Source: Geotalea daltonii FRC-32 (GTDB lineage Bacteria > Desulfobacterota > Desulfuromonadia > Geobacterales > Geobacteraceae). From it: 32,000 nucleotides of DNA. This document shows positions 8,330 through 17,650 of this stretch, piece after piece. Position 1 is the stretch's first letter. Every line of letters starts with the position of its first letter. A program made the translations under genes and the position numbers. The stretch covers positions 1,320,001-1,352,000 of the forward strand of contig NC_011979.1 of the NCBI RefSeq assembly GCF_000022265.1, given 5' to 3'. The notes below the pieces were generated by a model. It was not told the DNA's origin and searched no databases. It saw only the letters and a program-made list of their open reading frames with translations.

Positions 8330-8429
8330 CCTTCTCTCCATGGGAGAAGGTGGCCAAAGGCCGGATGAGGGGTAGCGCGCTGATTGCCGGCATCTCCCCT
8401 CACCCCTGCCCTCTCCTTCAGGGAGAGGG
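8330..8429. repeat. G/C-rich hairpin-bearing intergenic element (REP-like)
   Basis: Hairpin 1 is ccttctc-tccatgg-gagaagg (8330-8350). Hairpin 2 is ccctctcc-ttcag-ggagaggg (8409-8429). TGAGGGGTA at 8366-8374 and the inverted cccctcacccct at 8396-8407 match motifs at 5741-5754. Confidence 0.6.
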
Positions 8430-8492
8430 TGAACGGTAATAAGCGAGCGAGGTATGCTTTCCATGGTAGTCATTAATCCTGTTGGAGGTGCA

Positions 8493-11483
8493 ATGGTAAA
8501 CGAGAACCCGCCGGCTGCGAGAATACCTGTTGCAACCTACCGGCTCCAGTTCAACCGGCAATTCAGTTTTGCCGCTGCCCAGGAGATTGTCCCCTACCTT
8601 AACGATCTGGGGGTGAGCGATATCTATGCATCGTCCTACCTGACCGCCAAAGAAGGAAGCATGCATGGCTACGATGTTGTGGACCAGAACCGGCTCAACT
8701 GGGAAATAGGCACCGGCGAGGCGTATGCAGAGTTGATCGGCGATCTGGACAAATTCGGCATGGGGCACATCCTTGATTTCGTCCCAAACCACATGTGCAT
8801 AGAAAGCAGGGAAAATGCCTGGTGGATGGACGTCCTGGAAAACGGTCCCTGTTCCAATTATGCCAACTTCTTCGATATCAATTGGCAGCCGGTAAAAAAA
8901 GAGCTGACCAACAAGGTATTGCTGCCGCTTCTGGGAGACCAGTACGGCAAGGTCCTGGAGAACGGGGAGCTGCGACTGGTCTTTGAAGAAGGGTCCTTTT
9001 CCGTAACTTATTATGAAACCAGGCTTCCCGTGGAGCCGACCACCTGGCTGCAGATCCTCAGGCATCGCCTTGACGTGATAGAGGCGGCCTTCTCCGCCGA
9101 TGCTCCGCTTCTCCAGGAACTGTTGAGCATCATTACCGCGTTGCAGCACCTCCCCACCACCACCGAGCATGATCCGGAAAAGATCGCCGAGCGGTACCGG
9201 GAGAAAGAGGTGGTGAAGAAGAGGCTTTTGCTGCTATGCGGCCAGAGTGTGGAGATTCTCAATTTTATCACCGAAAACGTAGCCATCTTCAACGGCAGCA
9301 AGGGGGAGCCTGCCAGTTTCGATCTGCTGGACCAGCTTCTCTGCCGGCAGGTCTACCGCCTTTCCTTCTGGAAGGTGGCGACGGAGGAGATAAATTACCG
9401 CCGGTTCTTCGACATCAATGCTCTGAGCGCCATCAGGATGGAGGATCCCATTGTCTTCAGGGAAACCCATGCCCTTGTCCTGAGGCTTATCCAGGAAGGG
9501 AAGGTGACTGGACTCCGCATCGACCATGTGGATGGCCTTTATGACCCGTTGACCTACCTGGAGCGGTTGCAGCGGAACTGCTTCATCCAGTGCTGCCTGG
9601 GTCAATCGGGGGCGGGTCCCGAATTGGCCGATGCCGGAACTGCCGCCGATTGGATAAAGAGGTGCAACGACGACTATAACGGAGTGATTGCTGAAAATCC
9701 GTCATACAAGCCATTCTTTATAGTTTGCGAGAAGATCCTGCTCAAGGGGGAGCAACTGCCGGAAGAATGGCCTGTATTCGGCACCACCGGCTATGACTAT
9801 CTCAATTATCTGAATGGCATTTTCATCGACCAGGAAAACCTCAAGTGGCTGGACCGCAGCTATACCAGGTTTATCCGCCAGACCATCAACTTTGCCGAAG
9901 CGGTCTACGAGAAGAAAAAACTGGTCATGCAGGTGTCCATGTCGGGGGAGATCAACACCCTTGGGCATTATCTGAATAACATCTCGGAAAAGAATCGCCT
10001 GACCAGGGATTTCACCCTTATCAGCCTGACCCGGGCCATCATCGAGGTCATTGCCTGTTTTCCCGTCTACAGGACCTACGCCAATTCTTCGATCATTCGG
10101 GAGAAAGACGTCCAGTACATAGAAACCGCCGTGGCTAAGGCCAAACGCCGCAATCCCGCCATCAGTACTTTCATCTTCGATTTTCTCCGTGATGTCCTGC
10201 TGCTCCGCCAGGGGGAGAATGCCAGCGAAGGGGACCGGCTGGAATGGCTGGATTTCGTCATGAAATTTCAGCAGCTTACCGGGCCGGTCACCGCCAAGGG
10301 GATGGAGGATACGGCCTTTTACGTCTATAACCGCCTCGTTTCCCTCAACGAGGTGGGAGGGGCTCCGGACAGGTTCGGTATTTCCGTCGATGCCTTCCAC
10401 AGCCAGAATGCGGACCGTTTCAGGACCTTCCCCCATGCCCTTGTCACTACGGCAACCCATGATTCCAAGAGGGGCGAGGACGTAAGAACCCGAATCGATG
10501 TCCTTTCCGAGGTGCCGGAGAAATGGCAAAAGTCGCTGGTGAAGTGGAGCCGCCTCAACAAGCGGAAAAAAACCATGGTGGACGGCCAGCCGGCGCCGGG
10601 GCGCAATGATGAATACCTGCTCTACCAGACCCTGGTCGGTGCCTGGCCGGTGGAGGAGGCTTCGAATCCGTTTTCGCCGGGATTTCACGCCAGGATCAGG
10701 GAGTACATGGTCAAGGCCACCCGCGAGGCCAAGGTTCATACCAGCTGGATCAACCCCAACGGGACCTATGAAAAGGCACTGACGGACTTTATCGATGCCG
10801 TCCTGGGGGATGCTGCCTTTCTCAGGGATTTCAGAGCTTTTGCGGCCTTGGTTTCCCACCACGGCATGTTCAATTCCCTGTCCCAGGTACTGCTCAAGAT
10901 AGGCTCGCCCGGCATACCCGATTTTTACCAGGGAACGGAACTGTGGGAATTGAGCCTGGTGGACCCGGACAACCGGCGGCCGGTGGATTTCCGCATCCGG
11001 CGCGAGATGCTCAGCCGGCTTAAGGAGCGAGAAGCTCAGGTGGGGGCAGGCCCCCTGGTCCGTGAACTGCTGGCGGCGAAAGAGGACGGCGGCATCAAGC
11101 TTTACCTCATATACCGCGGCCTCAATTACCGGCGCGCAGAACGCCGGCTCTTTGAAAACGGAGACTATCTACCCCTGGAGGTGCAAGGGGAAAAATCCAG
11201 GCATGGATGCGCCTTTGCCCGCAGGTGGGAACGGAAAATCCTGATTATTGCCGCCTCCCGGCTGACCGTCGGACTGGTTGGCGATCTGGGGCCTGTACCC
11301 GTCGGCAGGGATGTATGGAAAGACACCGCCCTTTTCTTGCCGTGGGAAGAGCAGGGGGCAAAATACCGGAATATAGTCACCGGCGGGACCATTGCCGGAG
11401 CGGACCGGGGTATGGGTACTGCCCTTGAGCTGGCCGAGGTTTTCAGCGATGCTCCGGTCGCCATACTGGAGCGTCTCCACTAA
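8493..11483 (+). CDS. treY: malto-oligosyltrehalose synthase
   Basis: The N-terminus PVATYRLQFNRQFSF..YLNDLGVSDIYASSYL, plus DFVPNHM and GLRIDHVDGL, are TreY signatures. The ATG at 8493 directly follows GGAGGTG and is preferred over the track start at 8454. Confidence 0.93.
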   Translation: MVNENPPAARIPVATYRLQFNRQFSFAAAQEIVPYLNDLGVSDIYASSYLTAKEGSMHGYDVVDQNRLNWEIGTGEAYAELIGDLDKFGMGHILDFVPNHMCIESRENAWWMDVLENGPCSNYANFFDINWQPVKKELTNKVLLPLLGDQYGKVLENGELRLVFEEGSFSVTYYETRLPVEPTTWLQILRHRLDVIEAAFSADAPLLQELLSIITALQHLPTTTEHDPEKIAERYREKEVVKKRLLLLCGQSVEILNFITENVAIFNGSKGEPASFDLLDQLLCRQVYRLSFWKVATEEINYRRFFDINALSAIRMEDPIVFRETHALVLRLIQEGKVTGLRIDHVDGLYDPLTYLERLQRNCFIQCCLGQSGAGPELADAGTAADWIKRCNDDYNGVIAENPSYKPFFIVCEKILLKGEQLPEEWPVFGTTGYDYLNYLNGIFIDQENLKWLDRSYTRFIRQTINFAEAVYEKKKLVMQVSMSGEINTLGHYLNNISEKNRLTRDFTLISLTRAIIEVIACFPVYRTYANSSIIREKDVQYIETAVAKAKRRNPAISTFIFDFLRDVLLLRQGENASEGDRLEWLDFVMKFQQLTGPVTAKGMEDTAFYVYNRLVSLNEVGGAPDRFGISVDAFHSQNADRFRTFPHALVTTATHDSKRGEDVRTRIDVLSEVPEKWQKSLVKWSRLNKRKKTMVDGQPAPGRNDEYLLYQTLVGAWPVEEASNPFSPGFHARIREYMVKATREAKVHTSWINPNGTYEKALTDFIDAVLGDAAFLRDFRAFAALVSHHGMFNSLSQVLLKIGSPGIPDFYQGTELWELSLVDPDNRRPVDFRIRREMLSRLKEREAQVGAGPLVRELLAAKEDGGIKLYLIYRGLNYRRAERRLFENGDYLPLEVQGEKSRHGCAFARRWERKILIIAASRLTVGLVGDLGPVPVGRDVWKDTALFLPWEEQGAKYRNIVTGGTIAGADRGMGTALELAEVFSDAPVAILERLH

Positions 11484-11536
11484 CGCGCAGTAGTTTTCCT
11501 GTAGAGCAGACATGACATCTCGACGAGGGGGCTCAT

Positions 11537-13528
11537 ATGTCTGAAGGGAGAAAACGGGTAGTCATCGAAGGGGTCTTCCCCCAGGTGGATTGCGGCTTGT
11601 ATCCTGTCAAAAGGATCTGCGGGGACGAGTTGACGGTGAAGGCCGATATTTTCTGCGACGGCCACGATGAGGTGAGCGCCGTTCTGCTCTACCGGGGGGA
11701 GACGGAGCAGCCGTGGCGCGAGGAGCAGATGAAGCATGTGGGCAATGACCGCTGGGAAGGCTCCTTTGCCCTCCGGAGCACCGGGGTCTGGCATTACACC
11801 ATTATTGCCTGGGTGGACCATTTCAAATCGTGGCAGAAGGACCTGCTGAAAAAATACGAGGATGGACAGGATGTGACGGTAGAACTGGACATGATCAGGG
11901 ATCAACTCAAGAAGGCTGCGGAAACGGCCGCCGGGAATGGGAATCATCAAGCCTCAGAGCGGCTGCATGCGGCGGCGGACGAACTTTCCAGCCGCCATAG
12001 CCCGGAACAGCGGGTGGCGCTGGGACTTATTTCTGAAGGACACCTTTACAGCAGTATCATGGACAGGCCACTGGCAACGCGTTATCACCATGAGCTTTCG
12101 GTGGTCGTCGAGCGTGAGAAGGCCGGCTTCAGCGCTTGGTATGAGCTGTTTCCCCGGTCCCTGGGGACAGACGGCAAGCGGCACGGTACCTTTCGAGACT
12201 GTGAGGAGCTTCTGCCCGAATTGGCGGGAATGGGCTTCGATGTGCTCTATATCCCCCCCCTCCATCCCATTGGTTCCACCAATCGCAAGGGAAAGAACAA
12301 TGCCCCAACAGCCGACCCGGACGATCCGGGCAGTCCCTGGGCCATCGGCGCCATAAGCGGGGGACACGCCCAGCTTCATCCCGAGCTGGGTACCATGGAG
12401 GACTTCGAATCCCTGGTGGTCAAGGCGGCGGCCCATGGCCTTGAGGTCGCCCTCGACCTGGCCTTCCAGTGCTCCCCCGATCATCCCTATGTGCGGGATC
12501 ACCCGGAATGGTTTTTCTGGCGGCCTGACGGCACAGTCCAATTTGCCGAAAATCCGCCGAAGAAATACCAGGACATCATCCCCTTTTACTTTGAGACACC
12601 GGACTGGCAGTCGCTCTGGCAGGAGCTGAAGCGGGTCGTGACCTTCTGGATCGAAAAGGGGATTCGCATCTTCAGGGTGGATAACCCGCATACCAAGCCC
12701 TTCCCTTTCTGGGAATGGCTGATAGGCGAGATAAGGCGCGATTATCCGGACGTGATCTTCCTGGCCGAAGCCTTCACCAGGCCAAAGGTCATGTACCGTC
12801 TGGCCAAGCTGGGCTTCAGCCAGTCCTACACCTATTTCACCTGGCGGACCACCAGGGACGAGCTGACCGCCTACCTGGGGGAGCTGACCCGCAGCGAGGT
12901 GCGGGAATTCTTCCGACCCAATTTCTGGCCGAACACTCCTGATATCCTCCCCATGCATCTCCAGTACGGGGGGCGGCCGGCTTTCATCATCCGCCTTGTC
13001 CTGGCGGCGACCCTGTCATCCAGCTACGGCATCTATGGCCCGGTCTTCGAGCTGGGGGTCAACGATGCCTTGCCGGGGAAAGAGGAATACCTGGACGCGG
13101 AGAAATACGAGATCAGGAACTGGGACCGCAATGCCCCCGGTAACCTGAAGGAGCTGATTACGACCATCAACCGCATCCGCCGGGAGAATCGCGCCTTCCA
13201 CAGCACCTATAACGTTACCTTCTATGAGACGGACAACGACAACCTCATTTTCTACAGCAAGGTCTCCCGTGACGGCGGCAATATCATTCTCGTGGTGGTA
13301 AACCTGGACCCGACAAGGGTTCAAGGGGGGAGGCTGCACGTTCCCCTTGAGCAGCTTGGAATTGCTCCGGGGCATCCCTATCTGATCCACGATCTCATCA
13401 GTGATGAAAAATCCATCTGGCAGGGGGCCTGGAATTTCATCGAGCTGGACCCCCGCCGGATGCCGGCACGCATTTTCCAGATCCGTCCGCGTCTGCGCCA
13501 TGAGGCGGATTTCGACTACTACATGTGA
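11537..13528 (+). CDS. glgE: alpha-1,4-glucan:maltose-1-phosphate maltosyltransferase
   Basis: The GlgE-type N-terminal domain reads VIEGVFPQVDCGLYPVKR. The GH13 core shows IFRVDNPHTKP, FLAEAFTRP and YELFPRS. A GAGGGGG RBS is present. Confidence 0.93.
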   Translation: MSEGRKRVVIEGVFPQVDCGLYPVKRICGDELTVKADIFCDGHDEVSAVLLYRGETEQPWREEQMKHVGNDRWEGSFALRSTGVWHYTIIAWVDHFKSWQKDLLKKYEDGQDVTVELDMIRDQLKKAAETAAGNGNHQASERLHAAADELSSRHSPEQRVALGLISEGHLYSSIMDRPLATRYHHELSVVVEREKAGFSAWYELFPRSLGTDGKRHGTFRDCEELLPELAGMGFDVLYIPPLHPIGSTNRKGKNNAPTADPDDPGSPWAIGAISGGHAQLHPELGTMEDFESLVVKAAAHGLEVALDLAFQCSPDHPYVRDHPEWFFWRPDGTVQFAENPPKKYQDIIPFYFETPDWQSLWQELKRVVTFWIEKGIRIFRVDNPHTKPFPFWEWLIGEIRRDYPDVIFLAEAFTRPKVMYRLAKLGFSQSYTYFTWRTTRDELTAYLGELTRSEVREFFRPNFWPNTPDILPMHLQYGGRPAFIIRLVLAATLSSSYGIYGPVFELGVNDALPGKEEYLDAEKYEIRNWDRNAPGNLKELITTINRIRRENRAFHSTYNVTFYETDNDNLIFYSKVSRDGGNIILVVVNLDPTRVQGGRLHVPLEQLGIAPGHPYLIHDLISDEKSIWQGAWNFIELDPRRMPARIFQIRPRLRHEADFDYYM

Positions 13529-13549
13529 CGAATCGGCAGGAGTAAAGCC

Positions 13550-16500
13550 ATGACAGGACTGAAAGACGAACCCCTCCTGTGGTACAAGGACGCCGTTATT
13601 TACGAGGTTCACGTCCGAAGCTTTTACGACAGCAACGGCGATGGCATCGGCGATTTCCGCGGGCTCTTGAAAAAGCTCCCCTTTCTCCATGACCTGGGGG
13701 TGACGGCAGTGTGGATCCTGCCGTTTTATCCGTCGCCACTCAAGGACGACGGCTACGACATCGCCGATTATTACCGCATCCATCCCGATTACGGCACCCT
13801 CGGGGACTTCCAGGCGGTGCTGCGCGAGGCCCACCGGCTGGGTATCAGGATCATTACGGAGCTGGTGCTGAACCATACCTCCGATCAGCACGCCTGGTTC
13901 CAGAAGTCGCGCCGGGGTGGGCCACGGTCGGTGTGGCGGGATTTCTACGTCTGGAGCGACACCCCGGCCAAATATCAGGATGCGCGGGTCATCTTCAAGG
14001 ATTTCGAGTCCTCCAACTGGTCGTGGGATCCGGTGGCCAAGGCCTACTTCTGGCACCGGTTCTATTCCCATCAGCCGGACCTGAATTACGATAATCCACG
14101 GGTCCACGAGGCTATGCTGCAGGTCCTCGATTTCTGGCTCGGCATGGGGGTAGATGGTTTAAGGCTCGATGCGGTGCCGTACCTGTACGAGCGGGAGGGG
14201 ACCAACTGCGAGAACCTGCCGGAGACCTACGCCTTTCTCAACAAGATCCGCCAGTTCATGGACGAGAAATATCCGGGGCGGATGCTCCTGGCCGAGGCCA
14301 ACCAGTGGCCGGAGGACGCGGTTTCCTACCTGGGGAGCGGCGCCTGCCACATGGCTTTCCACTTTCCTCTCATGCCGCGCATGTTCATGGCCCTGCAGAT
14401 GGAGGAGTCCTTTCCCATCATCAACATTCTGGAACAGACTCCGGGCATTTCCGAACATTCTCAATGGGCGCTCTTCTTGCGCAACCACGACGAACTGACC
14501 CTGGAGATGGTCACCGACGAGGAGCGGGATTACATGTACCGGGTCTATGCCAGCGACCCCCGAGCCCGCATCAACCTGGGTATCCGCCGTCGCCTGGCGC
14601 CGCTCATGGGGAGTGACCGGCGCAAGATCGAGCTGATGAACGTGCTGCTCTTTTCTCTGCCCGGCACTCCCATCATTTATTACGGCGACGAGATCGGCAT
14701 GGGGGACAACTATTACCTGGGGGACCGTAACGGCGTCCGCACCCCCATGCAGTGGAGTCCCGACCGCAATGCGGGCTTTTCTGCTGCCAACGCACAGCGT
14801 CTGTTCCTGCCGGTGATCATCGATCCCGAGTACCACTACGAGGCGGTCAATGTGGAGAACCACACCCGTAACCCGTCATCGCTGTTGTGGTGGATGCGGC
14901 GTCTCATCGATCTGCGCAAGCAGTATAAGGCCTTCAGCCGTGGCTCACTTGAGTTTGTCCGGTTACGCAATCCAAAAGTCATTGCCATGATCAGAAAATT
15001 CGAGGAGGAGACAATCCTCATCTTCATCAACCTGTCCCGCTTTTCCCAGGTGGTGGAGATAGCCTCTCCTGAGTTTCTCGGCCATGTACCGGAGGATATC
15101 TTCAGCCGCAATCGGTTCCCGGTGATCAAGGACAGCCCCTACGTGTTGATTCTCGGGCCATACAACTACCATCTCCTGCTCATGTCCAAGGCCCAGGAGG
15201 CGGAGGCGCCTGCAGCGGAATATGTGTGTCCCGAATTGTCGGTAAGCGGTTCCTGGGAGAACATCCTGAGACGGTCAGGTTTGGCCCAGATGGAGCGGCG
15301 GGTGCTTCCCGGCTACCTGCGAAAGACCCGCTGGTTCCGCAGCAAAGGGCAGACCATAAGCAAGCTGATCATCGGCGATAGTCTGCCCGTGCCGGCCGAT
15401 AATACTTCCTTCTTCCTGAGCTTTATCGAGACCGCCTACACCGAAGGGCAGACCGAGACCTATCTCCTTCCCCTGCATTACCTGCCGTTGACCGAAGGTG
15501 AAGAAATCCTGCAGGAATACCCTGAGGCGGTCATTGCCCGGTTGAAGGTGAACAATGAAGACGGCATCCTTTACGATGCCATGTACAGCAGCATCTTCCG
15601 TCACGTTATTTTCGGCCTGATCGCGGGAAGAAAGCGTATTGAGGGATCTGAGGGAAGGGTCTTGTCCGGGCGTCCCGGACATTCCTTTGCCGCCATTTTC
15701 CGGGAAAAGAAGGCACCGCTGCAATCCAGAGTGGGCAAGGTTGAGCAGAGCAACACGGCTGTCCATTTCGACGAAAGTTTCTTCTTCAAACTTTACCGGC
15801 GCGTGGAGGAAGGGGTCAATCCCGAGGTGGAAATTGGCAGATTCCTGACGGAAAAGGATCGCTTTGCCCATGTTGCACCGCTGGTCGGGGTACTGGAGTA
15901 TTGGCAGAAAGGGACGGAACCGATCACCCTTGGTATCATGCAAGGGCTGGTAGAGAACCAGGGGGATGCCTGGGGGCTGACCATGGACGAGGTTGGGGAA
16001 TACGTGGAACGGGTCCTGGCAAGCAAGGAGGATATGAAGGTGACGCCGCGGCTGCCGGCCAATATCTATGATGCCGATCACGGGGCGCTTTCACCGAAAA
16101 TGCAGGAACTGATGGGAGGCTTTTATCTGGAGATGGTGCCCCTCTTAGGCAAGAGGACGGCCCAGCTGCATCTGGCCCTGTCTGCCCACAGCAAATACCC
16201 GGCTTTTACCCCGGAGCCATTTTCCATCTTCAACCAGCGCTCGCGTTTCCAGTCCATGCGCAACAGGGTCCGCACCGTCTTCGATCTTCTGAAGCGGAAC
16301 CTGAAAAACCTCAAGGACGAGATCCGGCAGGAGGCGGAACACTTGCTCTTGCTGGAACAGGAAATCATCAAAAAGCTCGGCAAATTTACCGGCCGCCGGT
16401 TTTCTGCAATGAAAACACGCATCCATGGGGATTATCACCTGGGACAGGTGCTCTATACGGGCCAGGATTTCATCATCATCGATTTCGAGGGGGAACCGGC

Positions 16501-16894
16501 GCGTTCCATGCGGGAAAGAAGGATCAAGGATTCGCCGCTCAGGGACGTTGCCGGCATGATCAATTCGTTCCAGTATGCGGCCTATGCAGTGCTGGTGCAG
16601 CATGCCCATATCCGTACCGAGGATATTCCTTTCCTGGAGCCATGGGCCGAAGCCTGGTACCGTTACGTGGCCGGCACTTTCCTCCATGCCTATCTGCAAA
16701 ATGTGAAAGGTGCCCAATTTATCCCCAGCCTGGAGGCGGACGTACAGACCATCCTCGACATATACATCCTGGACAAGGCGATCCATGACCTGGGCTATGA
16801 GATCAACAACCGTCCCGACTGGCTGTTGATACCTCTGCGCGCTATTCAGCGTCTGATGAAGAATGCGGATCAGGCAGAAGAGATGGTCAAATGA
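13550..16894 (+). CDS. treS: trehalose synthase fused to maltokinase (TreS-Pep2/Mak fusion)
   Basis: The N-terminal roughly 550 aa are TreS-like (WYKDAVIYEVHVRSF, LVLNHTSDQH, GLRLDAVPYL, LLAEANQWPED, FLRNHDELTLE). The C-terminal part is kinase-like (RIHGDYHLGQVL, IIIDFEGEP). An AGGAG RBS is present. Confidence 0.93.
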   Translation: MTGLKDEPLLWYKDAVIYEVHVRSFYDSNGDGIGDFRGLLKKLPFLHDLGVTAVWILPFYPSPLKDDGYDIADYYRIHPDYGTLGDFQAVLREAHRLGIRIITELVLNHTSDQHAWFQKSRRGGPRSVWRDFYVWSDTPAKYQDARVIFKDFESSNWSWDPVAKAYFWHRFYSHQPDLNYDNPRVHEAMLQVLDFWLGMGVDGLRLDAVPYLYEREGTNCENLPETYAFLNKIRQFMDEKYPGRMLLAEANQWPEDAVSYLGSGACHMAFHFPLMPRMFMALQMEESFPIINILEQTPGISEHSQWALFLRNHDELTLEMVTDEERDYMYRVYASDPRARINLGIRRRLAPLMGSDRRKIELMNVLLFSLPGTPIIYYGDEIGMGDNYYLGDRNGVRTPMQWSPDRNAGFSAANAQRLFLPVIIDPEYHYEAVNVENHTRNPSSLLWWMRRLIDLRKQYKAFSRGSLEFVRLRNPKVIAMIRKFEEETILIFINLSRFSQVVEIASPEFLGHVPEDIFSRNRFPVIKDSPYVLILGPYNYHLLLMSKAQEAEAPAAEYVCPELSVSGSWENILRRSGLAQMERRVLPGYLRKTRWFRSKGQTISKLIIGDSLPVPADNTSFFLSFIETAYTEGQTETYLLPLHYLPLTEGEEILQEYPEAVIARLKVNNEDGILYDAMYSSIFRHVIFGLIAGRKRIEGSEGRVLSGRPGHSFAAIFREKKAPLQSRVGKVEQSNTAVHFDESFFFKLYRRVEEGVNPEVEIGRFLTEKDRFAHVAPLVGVLEYWQKGTEPITLGIMQGLVENQGDAWGLTMDEVGEYVERVLASKEDMKVTPRLPANIYDADHGALSPKMQELMGGFYLEMVPLLGKRTAQLHLALSAHSKYPAFTPEPFSIFNQRSRFQSMRNRVRTVFDLLKRNLKNLKDEIRQEAEHLLLLEQEIIKKLGKFTGRRFSAMKTRIHGDYHLGQVLYTGQDFIIIDFEGEPARSMRERRIKDSPLRDVAGMINSFQYAAYAVLVQHAHIRTEDIPFLEPWAEAWYRYVAGTFLHAYLQNVKGAQFIPSLEADVQTILDIYILDKAIHDLGYEINNRPDWLLIPLRAIQRLMKNADQAEEMVK

Positions 16895-16912
16895 AAAATA
16901 TTTAAAAATAAG

Positions 16913-16940
16913 TTGCTTTTAATTTAAAACTATTTATACT
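16913..16940 (+). promoter_or_regulatory. candidate sigma70-type promoter for the small ORF at 17018
   Basis: TTGCTT, a 16-nt spacer, then TATACT, within an AT-rich stretch directly after the treS stop codon. Confidence 0.4.
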
Positions 16941-17017
16941 TGTCCTGCATGCTCGCTCTGCATAGCCTGGATTGCAGGCTGTTGAAACCCAACAGCTTGC
17001 TATAAGGAGGTACGGCA

Positions 17018-17230
17018 ATGACAAGGTTCTATCAGGGGATAGTGATGGCGGCAGTTATTCTTTCCGCCGGAATCATCGGCCAGATCGATGCGGCCAACGA
17101 GATGAACATGAAGCTGGAGAACCATGCCGAAGCCAGGCGGCAGGAACAGGCAACCGTGCGGCAACAACAGCCACCGGAGATGAAGACAGCAATGGCCGGG
17201 CTTAACGAAAAAGATAACCACTTCCCCTGA
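17018..17230 (+). CDS. small (70 aa) hypothetical secreted/membrane-anchored protein
   Basis: A strong TAAGGAGG RBS is present. The N-terminus MTRFYQGIVMAAVILSAGIIGQIDA is hydrophobic. A clear intrinsic terminator follows. Confidence 0.55.
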   Translation: MTRFYQGIVMAAVILSAGIIGQIDAANEMNMKLENHAEARRQEQATVRQQQPPEMKTAMAGLNEKDNHFP

Positions 17231-17260
17231 AAATGGAAGATTCTCTGAGACGATGAAAAA

Positions 17261-17290
17261 GACCCGAGCTTGCTCCGGGTCTTTTTTTAT
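17261..17290 (+). terminator. rho-independent terminator
   Basis: The hairpin gacccgag-cttg-ctccgggtc is followed by TTTTTTT. Confidence 0.8.
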
Positions 17291-17322
17291 GGCGAAGGGC
17301 AGTTGCATGACCAGGAATGGTC

Positions 17323-17351
17323 TTGACTGGCAAAGCGATTGCGGTTAGACT
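17323..17351 (+). promoter_or_regulatory. candidate promoter for tRNA-Arg
   Basis: TTGACT, a 17-nt spacer, then TAGACT, about 38 nt upstream of the tRNA 5' end. Confidence 0.5.
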
Positions 17352-17388
17352 GCATCGGCTTTCACAAAGCCGCTCGAAGCGGCATCAG

Positions 17389-17465
17389 GCGCCCGTAGCT
17401 CAGCTGGATAGAGTACCTGGCTTCGAACCAGGGTGTCGGGAGTTCGAATCTCTCCGGGCGCGCCA
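17389..17465 (+). tRNA. tRNA-Arg (anticodon TCG)
   Basis: I folded the cloverleaf by hand. The acceptor stem is GCGCCCG/CGGGCGC and the D arm is GCTC..GAGT. The anticodon stem CCTGG/CCAGG carries the loop CTTCGAA. The T arm is GGGAG-TTCGAAT-CTCTC. The discriminator is G and the CCA end is encoded. Length is 77 nt. Confidence 0.93.
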
Positions 17466-17476
17466 ATAATTAAACA

Positions 17477-17510
17477 AGAGGTTATGGTTTTGGCCATAGC
17501 CTCTTTTTTT
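17477..17510. terminator. rho-independent terminator after the tRNA (possibly bidirectional)
   Basis: An 11-bp stem, agaggttatgg-ttttgg-ccatagcctct, is followed by TTTTTTT. An A-rich run lies upstream, so the hairpin could also terminate the convergent ATPase gene. Confidence 0.8.
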
Positions 17511-17650
17511 GTGCCGTAGTAAATGCTAATGAAATTTTTCCGGATAGCATTGGGTAGGATTGACTGTCATTCCTTCCACAACACTGCTGAAAGTCGCAAC
17601 TCATTAAGCCCGGCGCGAGCTTCCCGCCAAGTAGGAAAATGCTCTCTATG

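Noticed and set aside
8039-8473. 144-aa minus-strand ORF containing PLPEGEGRGEGR
   Set aside because: It is a translation of the G/C-rich hairpin repeat element plus the antisense strand of the GH57 3' end. Such peptides are a recurring artefact of REP-like repeats.
9702-10862. 386-aa minus-strand ORF
   Set aside because: It is antisense to treY and shows no recognisable domain. It is a shadow ORF.
11954-14107. Two long minus-strand ORFs (334 aa and 363 aa)
   Set aside because: They are antisense to glgE and treS, and both sense genes have unambiguous catalytic motifs.
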